Shown in pieces: positions 37,832-52,401 of a stretch of DNA of 64,000 nucleotides. The DNA comes from Eledone cirrhosa (lineage: Eukaryota). Below the pieces are notes generated by a model. The model was not told where the DNA came from. It did not search any database and was given only the letters and a program-made list of their open reading frames with translations. Positions within the stretch are counted from its first letter, which is position 1. Each line of letters begins with the position of its first letter. The stretch lies in contig CAXHJY010001472.1 of the NCBI GenBank assembly GCA_964016885.1, positions 1,036,176-1,100,175 on the forward strand, written 5' to 3'. A program made the translations under genes and the position numbers.

Positions 37832-37867
37832 TGATGATAGCTAACAAGCTTGAAACTAGTACAGCGT
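37825..37867 (+). ncRNA. Minimal type-I hammerhead ribozyme (Penelope-like element type)
   Basis: ACGTTG-CTGATGA-T AGCT aaca AGCT T-GAAA-CTAG-TA-CAGCGT. Canonical CUGAUGA and GAAA boxes, 6-bp stem I (one GU), 4-bp stem II, palindromic ACTAGT helix III, GUA cleavage triplet. Confidence 0.75.
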
Positions 37868-38254
37868 TCCTTTGTCACTGTTGAACAAACGAGCAACGAT
37901 GGTTGCTGGACACTACGGCTTAATTCGGGATGTTTGTTTACAAACACACCGAGCATTGTAATGAATGCTTGGTGAATCCATACGTACATATATATATGTG
38001 TGCATGTATGTATATATATATACATACTACTGTACGTCTGTATACATATATGTATGTACGTATACATACTTATATTTAAGTAACAACCGTACTAAGGGTG
38101 GGAAATGAAATTTCGTTTCATTTTTTTCGTTTATATATATATATATATATATATGTGAAGTAATTCCGTCGGAAAAGTCCAGGAAAAAAGAGTGCTCTAT
38201 GTAGGTAACAGAGCTTAATAGTTATGTAATAAACAACATAAGGCAATTATTTCA

Positions 38255-39120
38255 TTTACCAGTGGTTTCTTAAAAGCAAACAAATTTTAGAGAGTGAGGT
38301 ACCACAGACATCACAGTGATATGGTTCCTCTCCTGTATATGTTAGTGTGTAGTGAAGCAACAAAATTTAGAGAGTGAGGTACCACAGACATCATAGTAAT
38401 ATGGTTCCTCTCCTGTATATGTTAGTGTGTAGTGAAGCCACAGAATTTAGAGAGTGAGGTACCACAGACATCACAGTGATATGGTTCCTCTCCTGTATAT
38501 GTTAGTGTGTAGTGAAGTCACAACATTTAGAGAGTGAGGTACCACAGTCATCACAGTGATATGGTTCCTCACCTGTATATGTTAGTGTGTAGTAAAGTCA
38601 CAGAATTTAGAGAGTGAGGTACCACAGACATCACAGTGATATGGTTCCTCTCCTGTATATGTTAGTGTGTAGTGAAGTCACAACATTTAGAGAGTGAGGT
38701 ACCACAGTCATCACAGTGATATGGTTCCTCACCTGTATATGTTAGTGTGTAGTGAAGCCACAAAATTTAGAGAGTGAGGTACCACAGACATCACAGTGAT
38801 ATGGTTCCTCTCCTGTATATGTTAGTATGTAGTGAAGCCACAACATTTAGAGAGTGAGGTACCACAGACATCACAGTGATATAGTTCCTCTCCTGTATAT
38901 GTTAGTGTGTAGTAAAGTCACAGAATTTAGAGAAGCATTTACCACAGACATCATAGTGATATAGTTCCTCTCCTGTATATGTTAGTGTGTAGTAAAGTCA
39001 CAGAATTTAGAGAAGCATTTACCACAGACATCATAGTGATATAGTTCCTCTCCTGTATATGTTAGTGTGTAGTTAATGTAACATTCAAAGAGAATGGTTT
39101 CTCTCACATGTCACAATGAG
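38255..39120 (-). pseudogene. C2H2 zinc-finger-derived 80-bp minisatellite (~10 copies) / ZNF pseudogene
   Basis: Exact 80-bp period (agagtgaggt at 38291, 38371, 38451 ... 38851). The minus strand of each unit translates YTGEEPYHCDVCGTSLSK..FTTH*, a ZF unit lacking 4 bp. Degenerate fingers flank it (HCDM*EKPFS..LTTH). Confidence 0.85.
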
Positions 39121-39950
39121 CTAATACCACTGCTGGACACAAAAAGTTTCTCTAAAAATGAAAGGCAGGTTGTATGATGCCTGCATATGAACATCAATGT
39201 TCCATGGCAGTGAAACACAGGCGTTGTGTGCAGAGGACCTGCGCAGATTGGAAAGGAACGAAGCATGCATGCTCTGTTGGATGTGTAATTGTAAGATACA
39301 TGAACAGCAAAACATAAACAAACTAAGTGAGAATTAGGAATAAGAGGGATCAGATGCTGTTTACTTGAGAGAAGATTACGTTGGTATGGTCATGTGATGC
39401 ACATGCAAGACGACAGCTTTATAAAAAAGTGCAGGGTGATCAAAATTGATGGAAGTTATGGAGTAGGTAGACCCAGAAAAACCTGGGACGACATAAAATC
39501 CAACCTTGCACACTTACACCTCTCTTAGACAATGTCACTGGATTGAGATTTATGGTGCCACACAGTAACAGAGAAGACCTGCCTTCCATACGTGCAAAGT
39601 TAACCTACAGTCAGTAGGCCCCTCCTAACCAAATATACACCCAACCCACACACCCTACTGCATCCTCCCACTCCCACCAACACCACCCTGTCTCTGTAAA
39701 GTTATGTTGGTGCCACAACATCCAGTCAAAACTAAAGAGGTAGTGTAGAAGTCATCACGAAAAGACTCCCAGTCCACACTGGAAATGTGGTTGGTGTTAG
39801 GAAGGGCATCCAGCTGTAGAAAACCTGCCATATACAGTTCTATACGAGCGAGACACGGTCACCCGATCAATCTTGCCTCAAGTGGGACAATTCCCGTCTA
39901 ACCCATGCTAGCGTGGAAGATAGACATTAAATGATAATGATGATGATGAT
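39121..39950 (+). mobile_element. 5'-truncated RTE-clade LINE (ORF C-terminus + 3' UTR + (GAT)n tail)
   Basis: Manual translation: KGRLYDACI..HGSET..DLRRLERNEACMLCWMCN and RRLRWYGHVMHM..GRPRKTW; ends gataatgatgatgatgat. Confidence 0.85.
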
Positions 39951-40729
39951 ATATAGTGTATATAATAGTTGTAATGTCACTGGTGCTGATCTATATCAGC
40001 CTTTCCCTTGGACAACATGACATATAGTCTATATATATTGGACAATATTATATATAGTGTATATGTGGTGTATATAGTAGTTGTGACAATATTCTATATA
40101 CATATGTACACACACACTGACAAACATGTATATACATATAGAAGGGTCAGATGAGGAGTTCATAGGCTGACCAAGTTACTCTCATGGAATGAGACAATGT
40201 ATACACACAAATATATACTATATATATGTATACAAACACATATATATTTTATAGTGAAGTCATACAACATATGGTAATATCATGTTTTCTATTGTCAGTT
40301 AGGGAGGTACATTGTGACCTTAAGCAAGACACATCATTCCACATGTCTCTAATCTCCACAGCTGAAAAAGACAAGTATCAGCTTTAGTTGGAGGTTTAGC
40401 ATGGGTTGTATCATTCTCTGCCTCCAACATTTTCCCTGCAGCCACAAACCCAGGCTTTACTACCTGCAATAGAGAGAAGAGGGAGATAGTTAAATACCGG
40501 GGCCTGACTCACCACTTCCTATTTGTCCCCACACTGCTGATTTCCTTCTCAAAATTAGAAGCACAGCAGCCCCCTTGAGGAAGTAGTCTCATGAGGTGGG
40601 GTGTATGTTGTAGTGGGTGACTCTGGCTATTCTCTGTAGTAACACCTTTGTCATTTTGTCTGTAGGGTGGGGCTGAATCACAGCTCAGACTGAAATATAA
40701 AGTCTGTCCCTCTCCCGTTAATTTCGTTG

Positions 40730-40910
40730 GATTGGCAGTGTCGGTAGAGCGTCGGACGCCAAGCTTTGTAGCATAGAGTTACCTCCCTTTATGATCTGAG
40801 TTCAAATCCCGCCGAGGTTAACTTTGCCTTTCATCCTTACGAGGTCGATAAAATAAAGTACCAGTAATACACTGGAATAATTGCTGGCCTTGTGCCAAAA
40901 GTAGAAACAA
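40730..40910 (+). mobile_element. tRNA-derived SINE
   Basis: A-box-like TGGCAGTGTCGGTAG and B-box GAGTTCAAATCC. ~12-bp TSD ttaatttcgttg/ttattttcgttg. Empty site in the paralog at ~54335. Confidence 0.85.
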
Positions 40911-41438
40911 TTATTTTCGTTGTTTGATTCGTTTTTTTTTTTTCATTACTTAAATATTTTATTACCTTTAATAATGTGTTTTGGTTTAATATGAACAGTT
41001 ATATAAAATTAATAACGTTATTTATTCAAATCTGAATAAAGTACTAGCATATCTATTGAACGTATGAATCTAAACTATAATAAAAGAAGGAGCGCGGGAC
41101 TGCGTACAGTTTCTAATTGTTTATCCCATTAGTAAAATAAGTTGCATTACTTTGAATAAATAATGAATGACTATTACATAATTTATCTACTAAATTTCGG
41201 GGCTGTTGATTAAATATATTTTGTTTGTTTAAAAATTCACTTCTTTAAAATTTCTGAAATGCCAACACTTCCGGTTGGCCATCACTTCAATAAACTATTA
41301 ATTTTCTGTCACTAATTTTCTCCTAATGCAGTTTATATATAATATCGTCCTTTTTAATGTATCATGGATTACGTTACTGATTACATAAGACAGTGTAACA
41401 CAGTCTTTGTTCAATTTCTGTGTATTATATATTGTCAA

Positions 41439-41623
41439 GGCGGTGGATTGGCAGTATTGGTAGAGGGTCGGACGCCATGCTTTGACGCATAGAGTTACGG
41501 CCCTTGCCATTCTGAGTTCAAATCCCGCCGAAGTTAACTTTGCCTTTCATCCTTACGGGGTCGATAAAATAAAGTACCAGTAATACACTGTTATTTGCTT
41601 GCCTTGTGCCTAACGTAGAAACA
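41439..41623 (+). mobile_element. tRNA-derived SINE
   Basis: GGCGGTGGATTGGCAG head and B-box GAGTTCAAATCC. Perfect 15-bp TSD attatatattgtcaa at 41424-41438 and 41624-41638. Confidence 0.9.
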
Positions 41624-41653
41624 ATTATATATTGTCAATTATGATTTTATTTG

Positions 41654-41860
41654 ATGTATCATATCTACATGTATATATATATACTTGCGTATAATATCAA
41701 TATACACACTACACATGCTATCAGAAAACCACCCAAAGGTAGCATGTGTAGTGTGTATATTGATATTATACGCAGGTATATATATACATGTATCATATAT
41801 ACTTGCGTATAATATCAATATACATACTACACATGCTACCTTCGGGTGGTTTTCTGGTAG
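41654..41860. repeat. Three-armed fold-back (X-Y-X'-c-X-Y')
   Basis: The 43-bp arm tatacttgcgtataatatcaatatacacactacacatgcta occurs as +, -, +. The spacer cagaaaaccacccaaagg reappears inverted after the third arm. Confidence 0.85.
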
Positions 41861-42831
41861 TTCATATAACGGAAGTTGTTTCTGAATGTATTAAATTATG
41901 TGGGGGACTTTTAAGTGATGACACCGGTGTCAACTAGACGGTGAAATATTACTATTTATATTAGCTCCATTGTTACAACTTAAACCTCATCTAATTTTAT
42001 CTTTTATGGTGATTATTTCATATTAAGGTGGACGTTAATGTTTGTAAATAACATAAGGTGACTTATTTACATTATAGTTGTTGTTTTATCACCTGTATTA
42101 TTAAATATTGAAGGGGTTGTTCAACATTTTACAGGACAGGAAAATATTATTTTAATCAGAAATCAGTGAACATTTAGTTTTTACTAACTTTTCTTGACTT
42201 TATATTTGGTCTTGACAACTAAAGTACGTATTATTTCGTTTTCCACCACAACACAAACAGTGTGAACTTTTCTATCTGAAGTGAAATATCTTGATTTATT
42301 ACAACACCTACACACATATTTCTACACACACGTCTATTTATTTATTTCTCTCTCATACCTACACACTGTATGTCTGTATATATATATATATATATATATT
42401 AACCTTCATCTTTTGAAATTCTGGATATTAATCCTCTTGTCACCTGAACTGTCCCCAATAACAAGAACCTTAACTATAGAAGTCTTATTCGTCTGTTTTA
42501 TGAGCTGAGTATTTTATTGTGAATAGAGCTTCTCTCACCTTAACAATAATAATAGTGATATATTCCACAATAATCACACACACACACACATATATATATA
42601 TAAGCACTTGCCTTTTCTTCATCCAAGATCAGTCTTACACTGACATATGTCTTATTACTTTACCAATTAAATGCTACATTACAACTTGTAGAAGAAGAAA
42701 GCAGACTTCTGCAGTCTTTTATGGACCCTTTGTATATTAGAATACATGGCATCTATTAACGATATCTACATTTCTTAATGTATCAATAAAAGTAGTGAGA
42801 ATCCTTTATGTAAATATCACTAGCTAGAAAT

Positions 42832-43929
<1,098 letters not shown>

Positions 43930-44025
43930 ACCCCATCACTGTGAAATGTGAAACACACATATACAGACACACTCTGGAAGGAAGAATATAAAATGTGAAG
44001 CTTGAAAAATCCTTATCTTATACTT

Positions 44026-44468
44026 ATTATCACCGTTTTACGTCATGAGACCTCGTCTTGCTCGTACGGGAACTGATTTTGGCTTGATTTCTACAGCTTG
44101 ATGTCCTTCTTAACACAAAACCTCATTTACTGTGTGTGCTAGGTGCCTTTTTTACCATGGTGCCTACACAGCCACTTTAATCTGGGGGCTGGGGGCTTTT
44201 TTGTTGACCACTTTGCAGTGGGTGGGGATGGGGACATATTTGTCTATATGCTTCAGCTTCGGCTTGTAGCCGTGTGAAGTCAGGTCTTCTGTATTACTGC
44301 ATGATGCCAGAGGGCACCGTCCTGCGTCATCACTTTTGAGAGGTGCAATTGGGCAAGGTCAGCTTTTATCACCTCATCCCGGGTCTTCCTGGATCTCCCC
44401 ACTCCAAGGCTTCCAGCGACATTTAGTGCTCTGCACCTTTTAATGCAGCTGTCATCCTTCATATGCAT
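44026..44468 (-). mobile_element. RTE LINE 3' fragment
   Basis: ORF MHMKDDSCIKRCR...GRSRKTRDEVIKADL is homologous to the RTE C-terminus at 39400, followed by the shared 3' UTR. Confidence 0.8.
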
Positions 44469-44867
44469 CTATATATATATACTCTATCAAATGGAAGAAG
44501 TATACTGCCATATATTGAAGATTACTACAATAACTAGGGAGCGAAGGACAAGATATGCCAGACATTCCTACCAATGAAGGGATGACCTGATGAGCTGGCT
44601 CCTGTGGTGGATACCTAAACATAGTAAAACCCTAGTGAGATGACTGGAAATGACCTACATAGATCAGATGTCTAGGGATGTTCAGGTAGGGATTAATGAT
44701 CTCAAGAATGCCACGAAATAATATATATTAATGAACATTTATTATGGTGAAATATGTTGGAAATTATTCTCAGGTTTTGTATTGTAATCCACAAATACAC
44801 TCTGTAGAATGTTCTACTTCATATTTGTCATTAAGGTTTCTTATAGAGACACAATCTTATTTTATTG

Positions 44868-45140
44868 CTGAGGGTGGTGGATTGGCAGAATCTGTAGAGC
44901 ATCAGACAACATTCTTTGTGTCATATAGTTACAGCCCTTTATGTTCTGGGTTTAAAAAAGTACCAGTAATGCACTGGGGTTGATTTAAAAGTAGAAACAT
45001 TTATTTAAAGTCTATAAAACAATGGATGGAATGCTTTCTGCCATATTTGTTCTGGTTCTCTGCTCTGAGTTTAAATCCTGCTGAGGTCAACTTTGCCTTT
45101 CATCCATTCAAGGTTGATAACAAAAAAGTACCAGTCTACC
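44868..45140 (+). mobile_element. Two degenerate SINE fragments in a segment present only in unit A
   Basis: gggtggtggattggcagaatc...aaagtaccagtaatgcactggg and ctgagtttaaatcctgctgaggtcaactttgcctttcatcc. Confidence 0.6.
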
Positions 45141-45871
45141 ACAGGGGTCTGTTCTTCCTCCCTATATTTCTTTCTCACTTCCTCTCTCTCATTCTCTGGA
45201 AGAAATCACCTGTCCCAACCTGGAGAGTGAAGGGCTCCACCAAGCTTCAGATGTCCACAGTGACACCCCTATGACTCCATCAGTGCAAGAAAAACAAAAC
45301 AAGATTGATGTGTTTATATGTGTTTATTTTACAAACACTAACTGGTTTATGTTTATATTTATGACAAAATATCCACATTTATGTGTAAATAAAAACAATT
45401 TTATAACTTTAATATTTGTTGATGGTACTTTCATGACAGTTGAAATTATGACTCTTTTTAGAAATAATTCACATTTGAAAATACTTTACAACTTTCTTCT
45501 CTTGCCAAACAAAGGTTTGGTAGGACCCTTCAGTTCTGTCAAAGACATGACAACCTCTTTAGTACTGGTGCCACAATAAAATACAGTCAGTAGAATGTAG
45601 AATAACCACTGCCCCCTGGTTTGTAAAGACCTGTCCCACCCTTGCTAGCAGGGAAAGTTGACATTAAATGATGATCTATGATGTCATTGGTACCAAGCTG
45701 TTTCAGCTATTCCCTTGGACAACATTATATATAATGTGTATGTAGTATATTTATAGTTTATATGTAGCATATACTCTATATATGCAGTATTTATATATAG
45801 TGTATATATTGTGTATATGTAGCACATACACTCTATACATAGTATTTATATATATAGCGTATATTTTGTGT

Positions 45872-46460
45872 ATCATCATTACATCTGATATCCATGCTTG
45901 CATGGGTTGTACAGGTCCTTCTTAGCACGACATCTCTCCACTAGATGCGTTCCAGTCTTCACGATTTGAGTTAAGCTCTCACAACATTTGCCCCTGATTT
46001 TCTTGGTCATCCTCTCCTGCAGCTTCCTTCCACTAGGATTTCCTCAGCTTGTTCAAGCTCTGTATTTCTCTAACATATACGTTGCAGATCCAACAAAACA
46101 TGGCTGCTTCATTTTTCTCCAGCATAATAGTATCATCTGCAGTCACAGCCCATGTTTCTCTACCATGCAGTATTGTGCACTTCACACAGGCTTTATATAC
46201 CCTTTCTTTTGTGTGTAGGGAGAAACCTTATGTTATCAGCAGTAGTAGTTCACTAAACTTCCATCCTATCCTTATTCAAGCCATCATACTCTTGGCACAC
46301 CCTCCTCTGCTGCTGATTAGGTCACCTAGATAGCAGAAGCTATCAACCACATCTATAGATCCTTCCTGTGACTGGAAACGGTTTATAACAGTAGCACTCT
46401 TCCTCTCAATTTCTGCTGTGCCTCGTCTACATGCAAAGTTCTCCCTTCCTGTTAGACTAC
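45872..46460 (-). mobile_element. Internally deleted RTE LINE fragment
   Basis: Minus-strand VVDSFCYLGDLIS (RT end motif) and EGSCRRG*PRK, with a (GAT)-type tail at 45872. Confidence 0.75.
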
Positions 46461-46866
46461 TCATTACATCTTTTGCGTACTATATATACTGTATATATAC
46501 ATATGTGTGTATATATATGTATATGTGTAGCGAAATCTATCTACACGTTGATACCTGGGTCAGATTTAACGGTCAATTTCTGGGTTATCTCGTTTTGGCC
46601 ATCAACAGGTCTGAGATTGGGCGACCTCAAAAGGTCAGCCCTTATTTTTCAAGCCTTGGAGACAGAGGACGTGACAGATAAATAGTCTGCCTTAGATCAG
46701 GTCAAGCAGTTTAGAGCATTTCTTGATAGAGTAAACATGTAAACTATTGCTTTCCACAGACTCCTTTGGTCTCAGTGACTCTTACTCTCTCTCTTTCACC
46801 CAATCTCTCTCAACCCAGCCAGTGAAGTTCAGGAAGTTTTCTTGATAAATATATATATATATATGT

Positions 46867-47282
46867 AAAGACCTTCCTTCCCTACGTACAAAGCTAACCT
46901 ACACTCAGTAGGCACCTCTTAACCAAATATACACCCCAACCCACTACCCCTACTCCATTCTCCCACTCCCACCAACACCACCCTTTCTCTGTAAAGCTAT
47001 GTTGGTACCAGAACATCCCATCCAAACTAAAGTGGTCATGCAGGTGTCATGACTAAAATAACACCCAGTCCACACTGTAAAGTGGTCGTGTAGGATACAC
47101 GGTAAAAAGGTTCCCAGTCTATACTGTAAATGTGGTTGGTGTAAGGAAGGGCATCCAGCCATAGAAAACCTACCAGATACAGTCCTATACAAGAGAGACA
47201 GGGTCACCCAATCAATCTTGCCACAAGTGGGACAATTCCCGTCTAACCCTTCCTAGCGTGGAAGATAGACGTTGAACGATGA

Positions 47283-47286
<4 letters not shown>
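46867..47286 (+). mobile_element. RTE 3' UTR with (GAT)n tail
   Basis: Homologous to 39575-39950. Confidence 0.75.
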
Positions 47287-47321
<35 letters not shown>

Positions 47322-47609
47322 TATGTACTCACACACATATTTATAAATGTGTATACAAACGCATATATATATATATAGGGAAGTCATACATCCTATTATG
47401 TGTTCAATCCTCAGTTAGGGAGGTACATTGTATCCTTAAGCAAGACACATCATTCCACATGTCTCTAATCTCCACAGCTGAAAAAGACAAGTATCAGCTT
47501 TAGTTGAAGGTTTAGCATGGGTCATTCCCTGTCTTCAACATTTTCCCTGCAGCCACAATCCCAGGTTTTACTACCTGCAATAGAGAGAAGAGGAAGATAG
47601 TTAAATAAT

Positions 47610-47799
47610 TATTTCTACTTTTTGCGCAAGGCCAGCAATTATCCCAGTGCATTACTGGTACGTTATTTTATCGACCTCGTAAGGATGAAAGGCAAAGTTA
47701 ACCTCGGCGGGATTTGAACTCAGATCATAAAGGGCCATAACTCTATGCTGCAAAGCATGGCCTCCGACCCTCTACTGACACTGCCAATCCACCGCCCTC
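47610..47799 (-). mobile_element. tRNA-derived SINE inserted after the A/B duplication
   Basis: Reverse-complement SINE head and B-box (ggatttgaactc). 12-bp TSD tagttaaataat at 47598-47609 and 47800-47811. Empty site at ~40487 in unit A. Confidence 0.9.
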
Positions 47800-48022
47800 T
47801 AGTTAAATAATGGGGCCTGACTAACCAGTTCCCCTTTGTCCCCACACTGCTGATTTCCTTCTCAAAATTAGAAAGACAACAGCCCATTTGTGGAAGGATG
47901 TTGCAGTTGGGGTCTCTGGATGCTCTCTGTGGTAACACCTTTGCCATTTTGTCTGTAGGGTGGGGCTGAATCACAGCTCAGACTGAAATATAAAGTCTGT
48001 CATTTTCCCATTATTTCCGTTG

Positions 48023-48203
48023 GATTGGCAGTGTCGGTAGAGCGTCGGACGCCATGATTTGTAGCAGAGAGTTACCTCCCTTTATGATCTGAGTTCAAAT
48101 CCCGCCAGGGTTAACTTTGCCTTTCATCCTTGCGAGGTCAATAAAATAAAGTACCAGTAATGCACTGGGATAATTGCTGGCCTTGTGCCTAACACAGAAA
48201 CAA
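48023..48203 (+). mobile_element. tRNA-derived SINE (paralog of 40730)
   Basis: Same sequence, position and TSD as the unit A copy. Confidence 0.85.
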
Positions 48204-48715
48204 TTATTTTCGTTGTTTGATTCGTTTTTTTTTCCATGACTTAAATATTTTATTACCTTTAATAATGTGTTTTGGTTTAATATGAACAGTTATATAACAT
48301 TAATAACGTTATTTATTTAAATCTGAATAAAGTACTAGCATATCTATTGAACGTATGAATCTAAACTATAATAAAAGGAGGAGCGTGGGACTGAGTACGG
48401 TTTATAATTGTTTATCCCATTAGTAAAATAAGTTGGATTACTTTGAATAAATAATGAATGAATATTACATAATTTATCTACTAAATTTCGTGGCTGTTAA
48501 TTAAATATATTTTGTTTGTTTAAAAATTCAATTCTTTAAAATTTCTGTAATGTCAGCACTTCCGGTTGGCCATTACTTCAATAAACTATTAATTTTCTCC
48601 TAATGCAGTTTATATATAATATCGTCTTTTTTAATGTATCATGGATTACGTTACTGATTACATAAGACAGTGTAACACAGTCTTCGTTCAATTTCTGTGT
48701 ATTATATATTGTCAA

Positions 48716-48900
48716 GGCGGTGGATTGGCAGTATTGGTAGAGGGTCGGACGCCATGCTTTGACGCATAGAGTTACGGCCCTTGCCATTCTGAGTTCAAAT
48801 CCCGCCGAGGTTAACTTATCCTTTCATCCTTACGGGGTCGATAAAATAACGTACCATTAATACACTGTTATTTGCTGGCCTTGTGCCTAACGTAGAAACA
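48716..48900 (+). mobile_element. tRNA-derived SINE (paralog of 41439)
   Basis: Same head and B-box; TSD attatatattgt(c/a)aa. Confidence 0.88.
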
Positions 48901-48930
48901 ATTATATATTGTAAATTATGATTATATTTG

Positions 48931-49141
48931 ATGTATCATATCTACATGTATATATATATATACTTGTGTATAATATCAATATACACACTACACATGCTAG
49001 CAGAAAACCACCCGAAGGTAGCATGTGTAGTGTGTATATTGATATTACACGCAGGTATATATATATATATGTATCATATATACCTGCGTATAATATCAAT
49101 ATACATACTACACATGCTACCTTCGGGTGGTTTTCTGCTAG
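48931..49141. repeat. Three-armed fold-back (paralog of 41654-41860)
   Basis: Same X-Y-X'-c-X-Y' arrangement. Confidence 0.85.
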
Positions 49142-49655
49142 TTCATATAACGGAAGTTGTTTCTAAATGTATTAAATCATGTGGGGGACTTTTAAGTGAT
49201 GACACCGGTATCAACTGGACGGTGAAATATTACTATTTATATCAGCTCCATTGTTACAACTTAAACATCATCTAATTTTATCTTTTATGGTGATTATTTC
49301 ATATTAAGGTGGACGTTAATGTTTGTAAATAACATAAGGTGACTTATTTACCTTATAGTTGTTGTTTTATCACCTGTATTATTAAATATTGAAGGGGTTG
49401 TTCAACATTTTACAGGACAGGAAAATATTATTTTAATCAGAAATCAGTGAACATTTAGTTTTTACTAACTTTTCTTGACTTTATATTTGGTCTTGACAAC
49501 TAAAGTACGTATTATTTCATTTTCCACCACAACACAATCATTGTGAACTTTTCTATCTGAGGTGAAATATCTTGATTTATTACAACACCTACACACATAT
49601 TTCTACACACACACACACACATCTATTTCTCTCTCTCATACCTACACACTGTATG

Positions 49656-49696
<41 letters not shown>

Positions 49697-50099
49697 TAAC
49701 CTTCATCTTTTGAAATTATTGATATTAATCCTCTTGTCACCTGAACTGTCCTCAATAACAAGAACCTTAACTATAGAAGTCTTATTCGTCTGTTTTATGA
49801 GCTGAGGATTTTATTGTGAATAGAGCTTCTCTCACCTTAACAATAATAATAGTGGAATATTCCACAATAATCAGACACATATATATAAGCACTTGCCTTT
49901 TCTTCATCCAAGATCAGTCTTACACTGACATATGTCTTATTACTTTACCAACTAAATGCTACATTACAACTTTGTAGAAGAAGAAAGCGGACTTATGCAG
50001 TCTTTTATGGATCCTTTGCATATTAGAATACATGGCATCTATTAACGATACCTACATTTCTTAATATATAAGTAAAAGTAGTGAGAATCCTTTATGTAA

Positions 50100-51790
<1,691 letters not shown>

Positions 51791-51889
51791 ACCCCATCAC
51801 TGTGAAATGTGAAACACACAACTATACAGACACACTCTGGAAGGAAGAATATACAATGTGAAGCTTGAAAAATCCTTATCTTATACTTC

Positions 51890-52401
51890 TCATCATCATC
51901 ATCATCACCGTTTTACGTCCATTCTTCCATGCTAGCATAAGGTAGACGGGTTATCCTGTTGTGGGCAATGCCAGGTCCAGTTACCTTGTCTTGCTCATAT
52001 CGGAACTGATTTTGGTTTGATTTCTACAGCTTGATGTCCTTCCTAACACAAAACCTCATTTACTGTGAGGGCTAGGTGCTTTTTTTACAATGGTGCCTAC
52101 ACAGTCACTTTACAATGTGGGCTGGGTGATATTTTGTCAACCACTTTGCAGTGGGTGGGGATGGGGACATATTTGTCTATATGCTTCAGCTTCGGCTTGT
52201 AGCCGTGTGAAGTCAGGTCTTCTGTATTACTGCATGATGCCAGAGGGCACCGTCTTGTGTCATCACTTTTGAGAGGTGCAATTGGGCAAGGTCAGCTTTT
52301 ATCACCTCATCCCGCGCCTTCCTGGATCTCCCCACTCCATGGCTTCCAGCGACATTTAGTGCTCTGCACCTTTTAATGCAGCTGTCATCCTTCATATGCA
52401 T
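51890..52401 (-). mobile_element. RTE LINE 3' fragment (paralog of 44026)
   Basis: ORF 52213-52401 and a catcatcatc tail. Confidence 0.8.

Noticed and set aside
41267-41274. ETS-like ACTTCCGG (also at 48558) as a ZNF promoter element
   Set aside because: A single 8-mer whose conservation is explained by the recent duplication; there is no TSS evidence.
44587-44600. CTGATGAG as another hammerhead
   Set aside because: No GAAA after a stem II, no stem I, and the paralog at ~52521 differs.
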